DNA of 64,000 nucleotides, from the sequence record NC_054908.1. One strand, given 5' to 3'. A program made the translations under genes and the position numbers. Each line of letters begins with the position of its first letter. Position 1 is the stretch's first letter. Below the pieces are notes generated by a model. The model saw only the letters and a program-made list of their open reading frames with translations, was not told the DNA's origin and did not search any database. Shown here piece by piece: positions 1 through 9,537 of the stretch. The stretch is from Escherichia phage vB_EcoM_DalCa.

Positions 1-1279
1 TGGCCCAGCTGTTATGGGTATGGTACGTCGTGCTATTCCTAACCTGATTGCTTTCGATATTTGTGGTGTTCAGCCAATGAATAACCCGACTGGCCAGGTA
101 TTCGCACTGCGTGCAGTATATGGTAAAGACCCAATCGCTGCTGATGCTAAAGAAGCATTCCACCCAATGTATGGTCCAGATGCAATGTTCTCTGGTCAGG
201 GTGCTGCTAAGAAATTCCCAGCTCTGGCTGCTAGCACACAAACCAAAGTAGGTGATATCTATACTCACTTCTTCCAGGAAACTGGTACTGTATATCTGCA
301 AGCTTCTGCTCAAGTAACAATTAGTTCTACTGCAGATGATGCAGAAATTAAGAAACAAATGGAAGCTGGCGCATTGGTAGAAATCGCTGAAGGTATGGCT
401 ACTTCTATCGCTGAACTTCAGGAAGGTTTCAACGGTTCTACCGATAACCCATGGAATGAAATGGGCTTCCGTATCGATAAACAAGTTATCGAAGCTAAAT
501 CTCGTCAGCTGAAAGCTGCTTACTCTATCGAATTAGCACAAGACCTCCGCGCTGTTCACGGTATGGATGCTGATGCTGAACTGTCTGGTATTCTGGCTAC
601 CGAAATTATGCTGGAAATCAACCGCGAAGTTGTTGATTGGATTAACTACTCCGCTCAGGTTGGTAAATCTGGTATGACCCTGACTCCGGGTTCTAAAGCT
701 GGTGTATTTGACTTCCAGGACCCAATCGATATTCGTGGTGCTCGCTGGGCAGGTGAATCCTTTAAAGCTCTGTTGTTCCAGATTGACAAAGAAGCAGTTG
801 AAATTGCTCGTCAGACTGGTCGCGGCGAAGGTAACTTCATTATCGCTTCCCGTAACGTAGTTAACGTTCTGGCTTCAGTTGATACCGGCATTTCTTATGC
901 TGCACAAGGTCTGGCTACTGGCTTTAACACTGATACTACCAAGTCAGTATTTGCTGGTGTTCTGGGTGGTAAATACCGTGTATATATCGACCAGTATGCT
1001 AAACAGGATTATTTCACCGTAGGTTATAAAGGTCCGAACGAAATGGATGCTGGTATTTACTATGCTCCATATGTAGCTCTGACTCCGCTGCGTGGTTCTG
1101 ATCCGAAGAACTTCCAACCGGTAATGGGATTCAAAACTCGTTACGGTATCGGTATCAACCCATTTGCAGAATCCGCTGCTCAGGCTCCGGCTTCTCGCAT
1201 CCAGAGCGGTATGCCTTCTATTCTGAATAGCCTTGGTAAAAACGCTTACTTCCGCCGTGTATATGTTAAAGGTATCTAA
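1..1279 (+). CDS. 23: major capsid protein gp23, 5'-truncated by window edge (C-terminal ~421 aa present)
   Basis: ORF 14..1279 stays open in frame to position 2; translation recognised as the C-terminal part of T4 gp23; followed by hairpin terminator. Confidence 0.95.
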   Translation, partial: GPAVMGMVRRAIPNLIAFDICGVQPMNNPTGQVFALRAVYGKDPIAADAKEAFHPMYGPDAMFSGQGAAKKFPALAASTQTKVGDIYTHFFQETGTVYLQASAQVTISSTADDAEIKKQMEAGALVEIAEGMATSIAELQEGFNGSTDNPWNEMGFRIDKQVIEAKSRQLKAAYSIELAQDLRAVHGMDADAELSGILATEIMLEINREVVDWINYSAQVGKSGMTLTPGSKAGVFDFQDPIDIRGARWAGESFKALLFQIDKEAVEIARQTGRGEGNFIIASRNVVNVLASVDTGISYAAQGLATGFNTDTTKSVFAGVLGGKYRVYIDQYAKQDYFTVGYKGPNEMDAGIYYAPYVALTPLRGSDPKNFQPVMGFKTRYGIGINPFAESAAQAPASRIQSGMPSILNSLGKNAYFRRVYVKGI

Positions 1280-1292
1280 TCTTTGACGATTT

Positions 1293-1324
1293 AAGGGACC
1301 TTCGGGTCCCTTTAGTTGTTTTTA
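1293..1324 (+). terminator. rho-independent terminator after gene 23 (GGGACC-TTCG-GGTCCC stem-loop plus T-run)
   Basis: perfect 6-bp GC stem with UUCG-type tetraloop at 1295..1310 followed by T-rich tract. Confidence 0.7.
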
Positions 1325-1327
1325 TGG

Positions 1328-1335
1328 TATAAATA
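1328..1335 (+). promoter_or_regulatory. T4-type late promoter TATAAATA upstream of gene 24
   Basis: exact TATAAATA about 28 nt upstream of the gene 24 ATG (1363), with GGAAAG Shine-Dalgarno between. Confidence 0.65.
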
Positions 1336-1362
1336 AATCATATAAACTGAAAGGAAAGCGCA

Positions 1363-2646
1363 ATGGCTAAAATCAACGAACTTCTGCGCGAATCAACCAC
1401 AACGAATAGCAACTCAATCGGTCGCCCAAATCTCGTTGCTTTGACTCGCGCTACCACTAAATTAATATATTCTGACATTGTAGCAACGCAAAGAACTAAT
1501 CAACCTGTTGCTGCTTTTTATGGTATCAAATACCTTAACCCAGACAATGAATTTACATTTAAAACTGGTGCTACTTATGCTGGCGAAGCTGGATATGTAG
1601 ACCGAGAACAAATCACAGAATTAACAGAAGAGTCTAAATTAACTCTCAATAAGGGCGATTTATTCAAATATAATAATATCGTTTATAAAGTATTAGAAGA
1701 TACACCATTTGCTGATATTGAAGAAAGCGATTTAGAATTAGCTCTTCAGATTGCAATTGTTCTTTTAAAGGTTCGTCTATTTTCTGACGCAGCGTCAACA
1801 AGCAAATTTGAAAGCTCTGATAGTGAAATTGCGGATGCTAGATTCCAGATTAATAAATGGCAAACCGCAGTTAAATCTCGTAAACTTAAAACTGGTATCA
1901 CAGTTGAATTAGCACAAGATTTAGAAGCAAATGGATTCGATGCTCCTAATTTCTTGGAAGATTTGCTTGCAACTGAAATGGCAGATGAAATCAATAAAGA
2001 TATTCTGCAGTCTTTGATTACAGTGTCAAAACGCTATAAAGTTACAGGAATTACTGATACTGGATTCATCGATTTGAGTTATGCATCTGCACCTGAAGCT
2101 GGTCGTTCATTATACCGAATGGTATGTGAAATGGTTTCGCATATCCAAAAAGAATCAACTTATACAGCAACGTTCTGTGTTGCTTCAGCTCGTGCTGCTG
2201 CGATTCTTGCTGCATCAGGTTGGTTAAAACATAAACCAGAAGATGACAAATATCTTTCACAAAATGCCTACGGGTTCTTAGCTAATGGTTTACCGCTTTA
2301 TTGCGATACTAACAGCCCATTAGATTATGTAATCGTTGGCGTAGTAGAAAATATCGGTGAAAAAGAAATTGTTGGATCAATTTTCTATGCTCCGTATACA
2401 GAAGGTCTTGACTTAGATGACCCTGAACATGTAGGTGCATTTAAAGTTGTAGTTGATCCAGAAAGTTTGCAGCCATCTATCGGTTTATTAGTTAGATATG
2501 CTTTATCTGCAAATCCTTACACCGTAGCAAAAGATGAAAAAGAAGCAAGAGTAATTGATGGTGGAGACATGGATAAAATGGCGGGTCGTTCAGATTTGTC
2601 TGTTTTATTAGGTGTTAAACTACCAAAAATTATCATTGATGAATAA
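1363..2646 (+). CDS. 24: head vertex protein gp24 (gp23 paralog)
   Basis: 427-aa ORF, recognised as T4 gp24; position immediately after gene 23. Confidence 0.95.
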   Translation: MAKINELLRESTTTNSNSIGRPNLVALTRATTKLIYSDIVATQRTNQPVAAFYGIKYLNPDNEFTFKTGATYAGEAGYVDREQITELTEESKLTLNKGDLFKYNNIVYKVLEDTPFADIEESDLELALQIAIVLLKVRLFSDAASTSKFESSDSEIADARFQINKWQTAVKSRKLKTGITVELAQDLEANGFDAPNFLEDLLATEMADEINKDILQSLITVSKRYKVTGITDTGFIDLSYASAPEAGRSLYRMVCEMVSHIQKESTYTATFCVASARAAAILAASGWLKHKPEDDKYLSQNAYGFLANGLPLYCDTNSPLDYVIVGVVENIGEKEIVGSIFYAPYTEGLDLDDPEHVGAFKVVVDPESLQPSIGLLVRYALSANPYTVAKDEKEARVIDGGDMDKMAGRSDLSVLLGVKLPKIIIDE

Positions 2647-2650
2647 AACA

Positions 2651-2676
2651 AAGGGACCTTTCGGTCCCTTTTTATT
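2651..2676. terminator. bidirectional hairpin terminator between gene 24 and rnlB (AAGGGACC-TTTC-GGTCCCTT)
   Basis: 8-bp inverted repeat with 4-nt loop, T-runs on both strands; lies between convergent genes. Confidence 0.65.
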
Positions 2677-2831
2677 TAACTTACCAATTCAATCCAAGCC
2701 GGACGAAGTACATCTTGTACCATTTTAACTAATTCCTTTTTAATCAAAGAAGGATTATCTGCTTGAGTTAGAGTAATACCTTCACGAGAAGTTTCTTCCA
2801 AAATATCTTGAACAGTTAGTCCCATCACCTT

Positions 2832-3680
2832 TCAAAAATCCTTCGGACCAATTTCACCAATTTTAGAAATAACGTTATTTACTCGGTTCAGTGTAACGTA
2901 GCAAGCTAAAATTCCCACCAATTTGTTATCAGCTTCTGATAGTTCAACTTTAGCTTTAATAGGCTTATCAGACTTTTTCTTTTCACTAAATTTGGAATTC
3001 TTGCATTTGATGGCTACACGATTTCCATTATGAAGCCAAGAAGGACAACAAGGTTTCAATACATATCCTTCAGCGGTAAATACTTCGCCTTTGGCTTCAG
3101 CTTTCCAAACACATTTGTTAGCGTCAACTAATCCTGCATGGTCTACTGTAAAATTATAATCTTGGACGACAGAATCTAAATCATTTGGCAATTTAATAAG
3201 CTCTTCAAATTTACCGCGACCTAAAAGTGGAGCCATTTTAAATTTAAATGTATTACAAAATGATTCCATCATATAATCATCGACATAAGTCACATCACCA
3301 CTTTCTGTAGTGACAATAATGTCAAATACATAAAAATCTTTATCGCCATAATCGACATTCTTCTGAATGCCAGGTCCAGCGAATTCGCCAAAGACTTGAT
3401 AAGATACAACCGCTGAGGTTTCCATAATATCTTGTACTGCTTTAATAGAATCTTCGTAATTCTTTAGAATAATTTCATACCCAAAGAAATCTTCAGCAGG
3501 AAGAATTGGTCCAGTACGTTTAGCGCAAGTTACTTTATCACGCTCAATAATCAATGAGAAATTTGTGCCGTGAATCTTTTCACGAGCTACCCACTCCCCA
3601 CCAGTCAATCCCAAGCTATAAAGTTTTTCAATAAATTTAGAGTTGTAATGATTTTCAAGACTGCTATACTTTTTAAACAT
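2832..3680 (-). CDS. rnlB: RNA ligase 2 (Rnl2), terminated by in-frame TGA after 282 codons; frame continues intact for 50 more codons to 2682
   Basis: N-terminus with KIHGTN nucleotidyltransferase motif I; recognised as T4 Rnl2 (334 aa); 282 + stop + 50 = 333 codons span the full-length position. Confidence 0.85.
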   Translation of the reverse strand: MFKKYSSLENHYNSKFIEKLYSLGLTGGEWVAREKIHGTNFSLIIERDKVTCAKRTGPILPAEDFFGYEIILKNYEDSIKAVQDIMETSAVVSYQVFGEFAGPGIQKNVDYGDKDFYVFDIIVTTESGDVTYVDDYMMESFCNTFKFKMAPLLGRGKFEELIKLPNDLDSVVQDYNFTVDHAGLVDANKCVWKAEAKGEVFTAEGYVLKPCCPSWLHNGNRVAIKCKNSKFSEKKKSDKPIKAKVELSEADNKLVGILACYVTLNRVNNVISKIGEIGPKDF

Positions 3681-3689
3681 AATTAATCC

Positions 3690-3968
3690 TCAAAATGTAA
3701 TTTCTAACCAATCACCATCACGCTGATCACTATTGACTTTAAAGCTGAATCCTTCTTTTCTCAGCCAATCACCAATTTCTTCAGTAATCAATTTATCACG
3801 AGCAATACAATAATAACTAAAATGTGTTTTACCTTGTTCAGCTGCTTTATTAGCAAGTTCCGAAAAATCTTTAATAAAACATTCTAGTTTAAACTGTTTA
3901 CTTTTAAGTGCTTTTTCTCGCAATTGATTAGCAAAAGATTCATTTTCATAAAGATCATACTGTTCCAT
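3690..3968 (-). CDS. hypothetical protein (T4 24.2 position)
   Basis: 92-aa ORF, translationally coupled to flanking ORFs. Confidence 0.7.
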   Translation of the reverse strand: MEQYDLYENESFANQLREKALKSKQFKLECFIKDFSELANKAAEQGKTHFSYYCIARDKLITEEIGDWLRKEGFSFKVNSDQRDGDWLEITF

Positions 3969-4170
3969 TTTTCACCTTTTTATTGATATGTCTTTTTCTA
4001 TAGACGACTTTTTCTCGAGTTTCAAATTTATTCTTAGCAGTCATAGCTCGAGCCCATAATACAGCCACTTCTTTTGCCTGTAAGTTTAATTCACGAGCAA
4101 TTTCAATGAATGACTTTCCAGACTCATGAAGCGTAAACACCACAACCTCAGTTCTCATAATTAATCTCAT
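3955..4170 (-). CDS. small hypothetical protein with helix-turn-helix-like segment (T4 24.3 position)
   Basis: 71-aa ORF; segment GKSFIEIARELNLQAKEV resembles an HTH. Confidence 0.6.
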   Translation of the reverse strand: MRLIMRTEVVVFTLHESGKSFIEIARELNLQAKEVAVLWARAMTAKNKFETREKVVYRKRHINKKVKNGTV

Positions 4171-4259
4171 GTTATCGAGTTGGTGCCATTATATACATCA
4201 TTTTCTGATTGTGTTTTGCGTGCTTTCAAAATGAAGAAAGGGGCCGAAGCCCCTTATGA

Positions 4260-5675
4260 TTATGGATAGGTATAGATGATACCAGTTTCTAAAGCAGTTT
4301 TATGAATGATGTATCCATTACGCGATTCTTGGACATCAACTTCTGGATAGTCTTTAATCATCTTCTGAAGAGTGTAACGATGCAGGTAGTATTTACTATC
4401 TGGGTCGTCAGTTTTCCAATCTTTACCTTCTTCGGTCATTTTTTGGATTTCATCCATAACCCACCAACCGCACCAGATATAAGCTGAAGTACGATGTGGA
4501 AGAGGATGAACATAAGGTAGTTCACCTTCTGGTTCAATTGGAGTCCGTTCAGCAATAACAACTTCAGCTGTTGAACTAATTGTCTTTGAAGTGTAATTAT
4601 CTTTAGTTAATACTGCTTCAACTTTAATTGTATGAGTACCCGCTGAGGAGGTATCAATACTATAAGTATTAGTAGAATTACTTTCTGCTACGTTGTCTTT
4701 CTTCCAAGAGTACACAATATTAGTATCACCAGGAGCACCAGTAACAGATGCTGTTAAAGTTGCAGTTCCACCAACAGTAGTATTAACTGATGGCGGAGAT
4801 AAAGAAATGGTGGCACTATTAAATGTCGCATTATTAGTTACTACTGTTGCTTCTGCTGAAATTTCTTTTGTAACATAATTTGTTGCAGAAACAGATGCGG
4901 TGCATTTAAGAGTTTTACTTCCGACTTCGGTCGGAGTGAATTTATACGTAGCAGAAGTTGCATCCGGAATATTACTGTCATCCATTGACCATTGGAATGT
5001 TATAGTAGCACCTGAAGGTGCACTAGAGACATTTGCAGTTAAAGTAATAGGAACACCAAAGACTGTAGTCGGAGACTCGGGTGTAATTTTTAGCGTCGAA
5101 GAATTAGCCTTTTTATTTACAGTCAAAGAAACCGCTGATGATTCTACTGTTTTATCAACGTAATCAGTTGCAGTCACTGTGACAGAGCAAGTTATAGACT
5201 TAGTTCCTTCAGTTGTTGGTGTATATTCAAAGGTTGATTGCTTTTGACCGTCAACATCGACCCCGTCAACTTTCCATGTATAATCAATAGCAGCACCAAT
5301 AGGTTGATTGCTTACATTAGCAGTGAATGTTGTTGCTGTTCCAATTTCTACTGCCGCAGGAGAAGCCGGAGTAACAGTGATAGTGGAATTATTTTCTTTC
5401 TTATTAACAGTGATAGTTGTTGATGCTTCAGCTATTTCCGGATCTCCTGCGGAAAGTGTATTAGTTGCAACCACTTTAATTTTTTTTGTTCCTGCTGGAG
5501 AAGCAAGAGTATAATCCATTGTAGCAGCCGTAGAGCCCTGTGTTATATCATCTACAGTCCAGACGTATGTAATAGTACCGTCTGGGGTTTCACCTGCAGG
5601 TGTAGCAGTGAATGTTTGTGAACCTCCAATAACCCCTGTAGGAGTTAGAGGAGATAACGTGACAGTGAATGCCAT
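4260..5675 (-). CDS. hoc: Hoc, highly immunogenic outer capsid protein, with four tandem Ig-like repeats plus conserved C-terminal capsid-binding domain
   Basis: 471-aa ORF; four ~90-aa Thr/Ser-rich repeats; C-terminal ~90 aa (PEGELPYVHPLPHR...IIYTYP) recognised as Hoc capsid-binding domain. Confidence 0.9.
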   Translation of the reverse strand: MAFTVTLSPLTPTGVIGGSQTFTATPAGETPDGTITYVWTVDDITQGSTAATMDYTLASPAGTKKIKVVATNTLSAGDPEIAEASTTITVNKKENNSTITVTPASPAAVEIGTATTFTANVSNQPIGAAIDYTWKVDGVDVDGQKQSTFEYTPTTEGTKSITCSVTVTATDYVDKTVESSAVSLTVNKKANSSTLKITPESPTTVFGVPITLTANVSSAPSGATITFQWSMDDSNIPDATSATYKFTPTEVGSKTLKCTASVSATNYVTKEISAEATVVTNNATFNSATISLSPPSVNTTVGGTATLTASVTGAPGDTNIVYSWKKDNVAESNSTNTYSIDTSSAGTHTIKVEAVLTKDNYTSKTISSTAEVVIAERTPIEPEGELPYVHPLPHRTSAYIWCGWWVMDEIQKMTEEGKDWKTDDPDSKYYLHRYTLQKMIKDYPEVDVQESRNGYIIHKTALETGIIYTYP

Positions 5676-5684
5676 AAGTTATCC

Positions 5685-6365
5685 TTATTTTAATGTTATG
5701 AAAGAAGAATTACGAGTTTCGCGAATTAGAACTGATCCATCGCGATTAATATAATAAATTAAGCTAAATAATGTTTGGTGTGCTGACGCATGTTCAAAAC
5801 TAGTTGGGTGAGATTTCCAATCCGGAGTTTCAGCAATCCATTGATAAATCCACCAAGGAACAGTGCAGAATCCTGGATTTTTTCCAATCAGTTGAAGATT
5901 CGGACTAAAGTTTTCCGGAAGAGTAAATACAGACGGCTTTTCAGATTCAATAATCTCAGCTACAGCTTGTTCAAACTTTTCTTCAACAAACGGAGTGTCT
6001 TCAATCAAAACTGAGGTATTTTCAGGAATTTTATCCGTTTCTACTACTTCAATTTTAATGTCAGATTTAACCGGAGAATCAATCAAAAGTGCTGCTTCTG
6101 GATTGACTTCTTCATCGTCATATTTTAATCCCTCTGCGGCATCAGCAGCATCAATTAAGTCTTTAATAGATAACCCATCAGTCTCCGGCATAGGTTCACT
6201 AGCGAGCTTCTGGAGGGCTTCTTCAATATCAACAACGATATTATCAAAAGATTTATTCTTTTTGACCTTTATACCAAACTGTTCAGCATATTCAGCTAAT
6301 TTAGCTTTAGCTTCTTTGTTATCATCAAGAGCCTTCAGCTCTGCAATATAATCTTTATCTATCAT
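5685..6365 (-). CDS. inh: Inh, inhibitor of prohead protease gp21
   Basis: 226-aa ORF matching T4 Inh length and gene order. Confidence 0.8.
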   Translation of the reverse strand: MIDKDYIAELKALDDNKEAKAKLAEYAEQFGIKVKKNKSFDNIVVDIEEALQKLASEPMPETDGLSIKDLIDAADAAEGLKYDDEEVNPEAALLIDSPVKSDIKIEVVETDKIPENTSVLIEDTPFVEEKFEQAVAEIIESEKPSVFTLPENFSPNLQLIGKNPGFCTVPWWIYQWIAETPDWKSHPTSFEHASAHQTLFSLIYYINRDGSVLIRETRNSSFITLK

Positions 6366-6415
6366 AATATTTCCTCAGTATAAATATAGATATATTTATT
6401 ACATGGTATTTAGAC

Positions 6416-7927
6416 ATGACTGACATTAAAGTACATTTTTATGATTTTAGTCACGTGAGAATTGATTGTGAAGAAAGTACATTTCATGAACTCCGTGATT
6501 TCTTTAGCTTTGAAGCTGATGGGTATCGTTTTAATCCGAAGTACAGATATGGCCACTGGGATGGACGAATCCGTCTGTTAGATTATAATCGTCTTCTTCC
6601 ATTCGGCTTAGTCGGGCAAATTAAAAAGTTCTGCGATAACTTTGGCTATAAAGCCTGGATTGACCCACAGATTAACGAAAAAGAAGAATTATCAAGAAAA
6701 GATTTTGATGAATGGCTTTCTAAATTAGAAATCTATTCAGGAAATAAAAGAATTGAACCACATTGGTATCAAAAAGATGCAGTGTTCGAAGGATTAGTTA
6801 ATCGTCGTAGAATTCTTAATCTTCCAACATCCGCAGGTAAATCTTTAATTCAAGCTCTGCTTGCTCGGTATTATTTGGAAAATTATGAAGGCAAAATTCT
6901 TATTATTGTTCCAACAACTGCTCTGACAACTCAGATGGCTGATGACTTTGTTGACTATCGTTTATTCAGTCATGCAATGATAAAGAAAATCGGTGGTGGA
7001 GCATCAAAAGATGATAAATATAAAAATGATGCACCAGTCGTTGTTGGTACATGGCAAACTGTAGTAAAACAACCGAAAGAATGGTTCTCACAGTTTGGAA
7101 TGATGATGAATGATGAATGCCATCTTGCTACAGGAAAAAGTATTTCATCTATCATATCAGGTTTAAATAACTGCATGTTCAAATTTGGTCTATCTGGTTC
7201 ATTACGTGATGGCAAAGCCAATATCATGCAGTATGTTGGAATGTTTGGTGAAATATTTAAGCCAGTAACGACTTCTAAGTTAATGGAAGATGGACAAGTA
7301 ACTGAGCTAAAAATTAATAGTATTTTTCTTCGCTATCCCGATGAGTTCACTACTAAATTAAAGGGAAAAACTTATCAAGAAGAAATAAAAATTATTACGG
7401 GGCTTAGTAAAAGAAATAAATGGATCGCTAAATTGGCTATTAAGCTTGCACAAAAAGATGAAAACGCTTTTGTCATGTTTAAACATGTATCACATGGTAA
7501 AGCTATTTTCGATTTAATTAAAAATGAATACGATAAAGTTTATTACGTATCAGGGGAAGTTGATACCGAAACCCGCAACGTAATGAAAACCTTAGCTGAA
7601 AATGGTAAAGGAATAATTATAGTAGCTAGTTATGGTGTATTTTCTACTGGTATTTCAGTTAAAAATCTGCATCACGTTGTTTTAGCGCACGGTGTTAAAT
7701 CAAAAATCATTGTATTACAAACAATCGGTCGTGTATTACGTAAGCATGGTTCTAAAACAATCGCAACAGTCTGGGACCTCATAGATGACTGTGGTGTCAA
7801 GCCAAAATCTGCTAATACTAAAAAGAAATATGTTCACTTGAACTATCTTTTAAAACACGGCATTGATCGTATTCAGCGCTACGCAGATGAAAAATTTAAT
7901 TACGTAATGAAAACAGTTAATTTATAA
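6416..7927 (+). CDS. uvsW: UvsW DNA/RNA helicase (SF2)
   Basis: 503-aa ORF; Walker A-like LPTSAGKS and DExH-like NDECH motifs; recognised as T4 UvsW. Confidence 0.93.
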   Translation: MTDIKVHFYDFSHVRIDCEESTFHELRDFFSFEADGYRFNPKYRYGHWDGRIRLLDYNRLLPFGLVGQIKKFCDNFGYKAWIDPQINEKEELSRKDFDEWLSKLEIYSGNKRIEPHWYQKDAVFEGLVNRRRILNLPTSAGKSLIQALLARYYLENYEGKILIIVPTTALTTQMADDFVDYRLFSHAMIKKIGGGASKDDKYKNDAPVVVGTWQTVVKQPKEWFSQFGMMMNDECHLATGKSISSIISGLNNCMFKFGLSGSLRDGKANIMQYVGMFGEIFKPVTTSKLMEDGQVTELKINSIFLRYPDEFTTKLKGKTYQEEIKIITGLSKRNKWIAKLAIKLAQKDENAFVMFKHVSHGKAIFDLIKNEYDKVYYVSGEVDTETRNVMKTLAENGKGIIIVASYGVFSTGISVKNLHHVVLAHGVKSKIIVLQTIGRVLRKHGSKTIATVWDLIDDCGVKPKSANTKKKYVHLNYLLKHGIDRIQRYADEKFNYVMKTVNL

Positions 7928-7952
7928 GGGCTTCGGCCCTTTGGAGAAAAAG

Positions 7953-8183
7953 ATGTTACTAGAATTTAAACAATTTCTTTATGAAGCTTCTATTGATGAA
8001 TTTATGGGTAAAATTGCCTCTTGTCAAACATTAGAAGGTTTAGAAGAGCTTGAAGCTTATTATAAGAAAAGAGTTAAAGAAACTGAATTAAAAGATACTG
8101 ATGACATCTCAGTCAGAGATGCTTTGGCAGGAAAAAGAGCTGAATTAGAAGATTCAGACGATGAAGTAGAAGAAAGCTTTTAA
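7953..8183 (+). CDS. uvsW.1: UvsW.1 small acidic protein
   Basis: 76-aa ORF from the ATG at 7953 (track ORF begins at an upstream TTG); GGAG Shine-Dalgarno. Confidence 0.75.
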   Translation: MLLEFKQFLYEASIDEFMGKIASCQTLEGLEELEAYYKKRVKETELKDTDDISVRDALAGKRAELEDSDDEVEESF

Positions 8184-8238
8184 ATTAAAAAAGGCCCAAC
8201 CAAAAAGGAAGGGCCAAAACTATAGACTAAAGGTCACA

Positions 8239-8406
8239 CTATAGCAAAAGTTGTGTTTCATTTAATTGTTCTTCCGAACTTTCTGAAACTGGTAGTTCTT
8301 TAATGTAATTATAGCAAGGCCCAGGATGTACAGGACCTTTGTCTGTTTCAACAACCAATGCAGAATCGATTGGAGTTTTACAGACAACACAAATCTTATC
8401 TGACAT
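8239..8406 (-). CDS. small Cys-containing protein (uvsY.-2 position), 55 aa
   Basis: manual translation MSDKICVVCKTPIDS...GPCYNY; not in the ORF track (below length cutoff); directly downstream of 8435..8659. Confidence 0.5.
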   Translation of the reverse strand: MSDKICVVCKTPIDSALVVETDKGPVHPGPCYNYIKELPVSESSEEQLNETQLLL

Positions 8407-8434
8407 GATTGTCTCCTCTGAATTATATATCTAT

Positions 8435-8659
8435 TTATACAACTCTCATATGCATATCAATGCCCATATCTTTAGAATAAAAATATTCATCAAGATATCC
8501 GGCAAATTTTCCTTTAATATAAAGAACATCTTCACCGCACGGGTGGTCGGCCAGGATACGAATATCCTGACGCTTAAGATTATGCTTTTTCATTAAGAAT
8601 TGAATTTCCGTTTCAAATTCTTCTTCATAATTAAAAGCATCATCAATGCTATATCTCAT
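8435..8659 (-). CDS. hypothetical protein (uvsY.-1 position)
   Basis: 74-aa ORF, start overlaps the uvsY stop. Confidence 0.7.
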   Translation of the reverse strand: MRYSIDDAFNYEEEFETEIQFLMKKHNLKRQDIRILADHPCGEDVLYIKGKFAGYLDEYFYSKDMGIDMHMRVV

Positions 8660-9072
8660 TATTTTCCAGCCTCAAATGCTCGCATGTCTTGAATATGCTT
8701 AATAGCAAATCCACGTGATTTAATAGCATCAAGAGCTCCGCTACAGAAATCTAATAAAATCCCCCAATACTGTAACGAGGTATCAACCTTTAAAACATCC
8801 TTATCAGCTGATAGAACTGTCTTCATTTCTGATTTCTCGTAACGATCCATACTAAATTCATCACCATCTCCTCGTCCCGAGTAGTAGTCTAATTTAGCTT
8901 TAAGAGCAACTTTTTTCTGTGCATCAATTCTAAGCATTTCCTTTTTAATACTTGAATGCTTATTAAGCCATTTACTATATAACATCACATTATTAGCTGC
9001 TTCATACTGTAATTTAGTCGAATCTATAAATACATCTTTCTTCAATTCTTCTTGAAGATCTTCTAATCTCAT
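8659..9072 (-). CDS. uvsY: UvsY recombination mediator protein
   Basis: 137-aa ORF recognised as T4 UvsY. Confidence 0.93.
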   Translation of the reverse strand: MRLEDLQEELKKDVFIDSTKLQYEAANNVMLYSKWLNKHSSIKKEMLRIDAQKKVALKAKLDYYSGRGDGDEFSMDRYEKSEMKTVLSADKDVLKVDTSLQYWGILLDFCSGALDAIKSRGFAIKHIQDMRAFEAGK

Positions 9073-9112
9073 ATTGTTCTCTATTCAATTGTTATTGGAT
9101 GGACTTAGATTC

Positions 9113-9140
9113 ATTATACCACGTTTTAACGTGAAGCATT
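9113..9140 (-). promoter_or_regulatory. MotA-dependent middle promoter upstream of uvsY (MotA box AATGCTTCA, 13-bp spacer, TATAAT)
   Basis: minus-strand reading ...TAATGCTTCACGTTAAAACGTGGTATAATG...; overlaps the 3' end of gene 25. Confidence 0.7.
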
Positions 9141-9537
9141 ATACTCTATTACTGGAAGCCAATTGCAGTTTTATCTGCTCAATATCATCAGGGTTATCGA
9201 TGACCGAACAGCGTATTTCTACTATCAGAGTATAATCATCATAAACTGGTATCACATTAACTGCTAATTTATCAATACGTGGCTCATAGTTTCTTACTGC
9301 GCTTTCGATATTGCGCTCAACTGTGTCAGCAGTAAGAGGAGTCATATTTTCAAAAAGCTGGTCTGATAAATCACATCCAAATTCAGGGTCAAACGGTCTT
9401 GAACCTTTTCTTGTTGTAATAATTCCCAAAAGACTGTTTTTAATTGACCTTAATCCAAGCGATCTGGAAACATCTTTGTTCCAATCCATTTTCATTTCTG
9501 GGTCAATGTCAGAATAAAGCTTATTAATATTTGCCAT
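9139..9537 (-). CDS. 25: baseplate wedge protein gp25
   Basis: 132-aa ORF recognised as T4 gp25. Confidence 0.93.
   Translation of the reverse strand: MANINKLYSDIDPEMKMDWNKDVSRSLGLRSIKNSLLGIITTRKGSRPFDPEFGCDLSDQLFENMTPLTADTVERNIESAVRNYEPRIDKLAVNVIPVYDDYTLIVEIRCSVIDNPDDIEQIKLQLASSNRV

Noticed and set aside
1746-2260. Minus-strand ORFs inside gene 24
   Set aside because: Nested antisense within a conserved structural gene.
2829-2834. Programmed stop-codon read-through or selenocysteine at the rnlB TGA
   Set aside because: No SECIS-like structure is evident downstream and the context (TGA followed by A) is not a strong read-through context; a nonsense mutation or sequencing error is simpler, but it is kept as a finding.
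4302-5514. Five plus-strand ORFs (61-87 aa) antisense to hoc
   Set aside because: Shadow ORFs within the Thr/Ser-rich hoc coding region; no translation signals.
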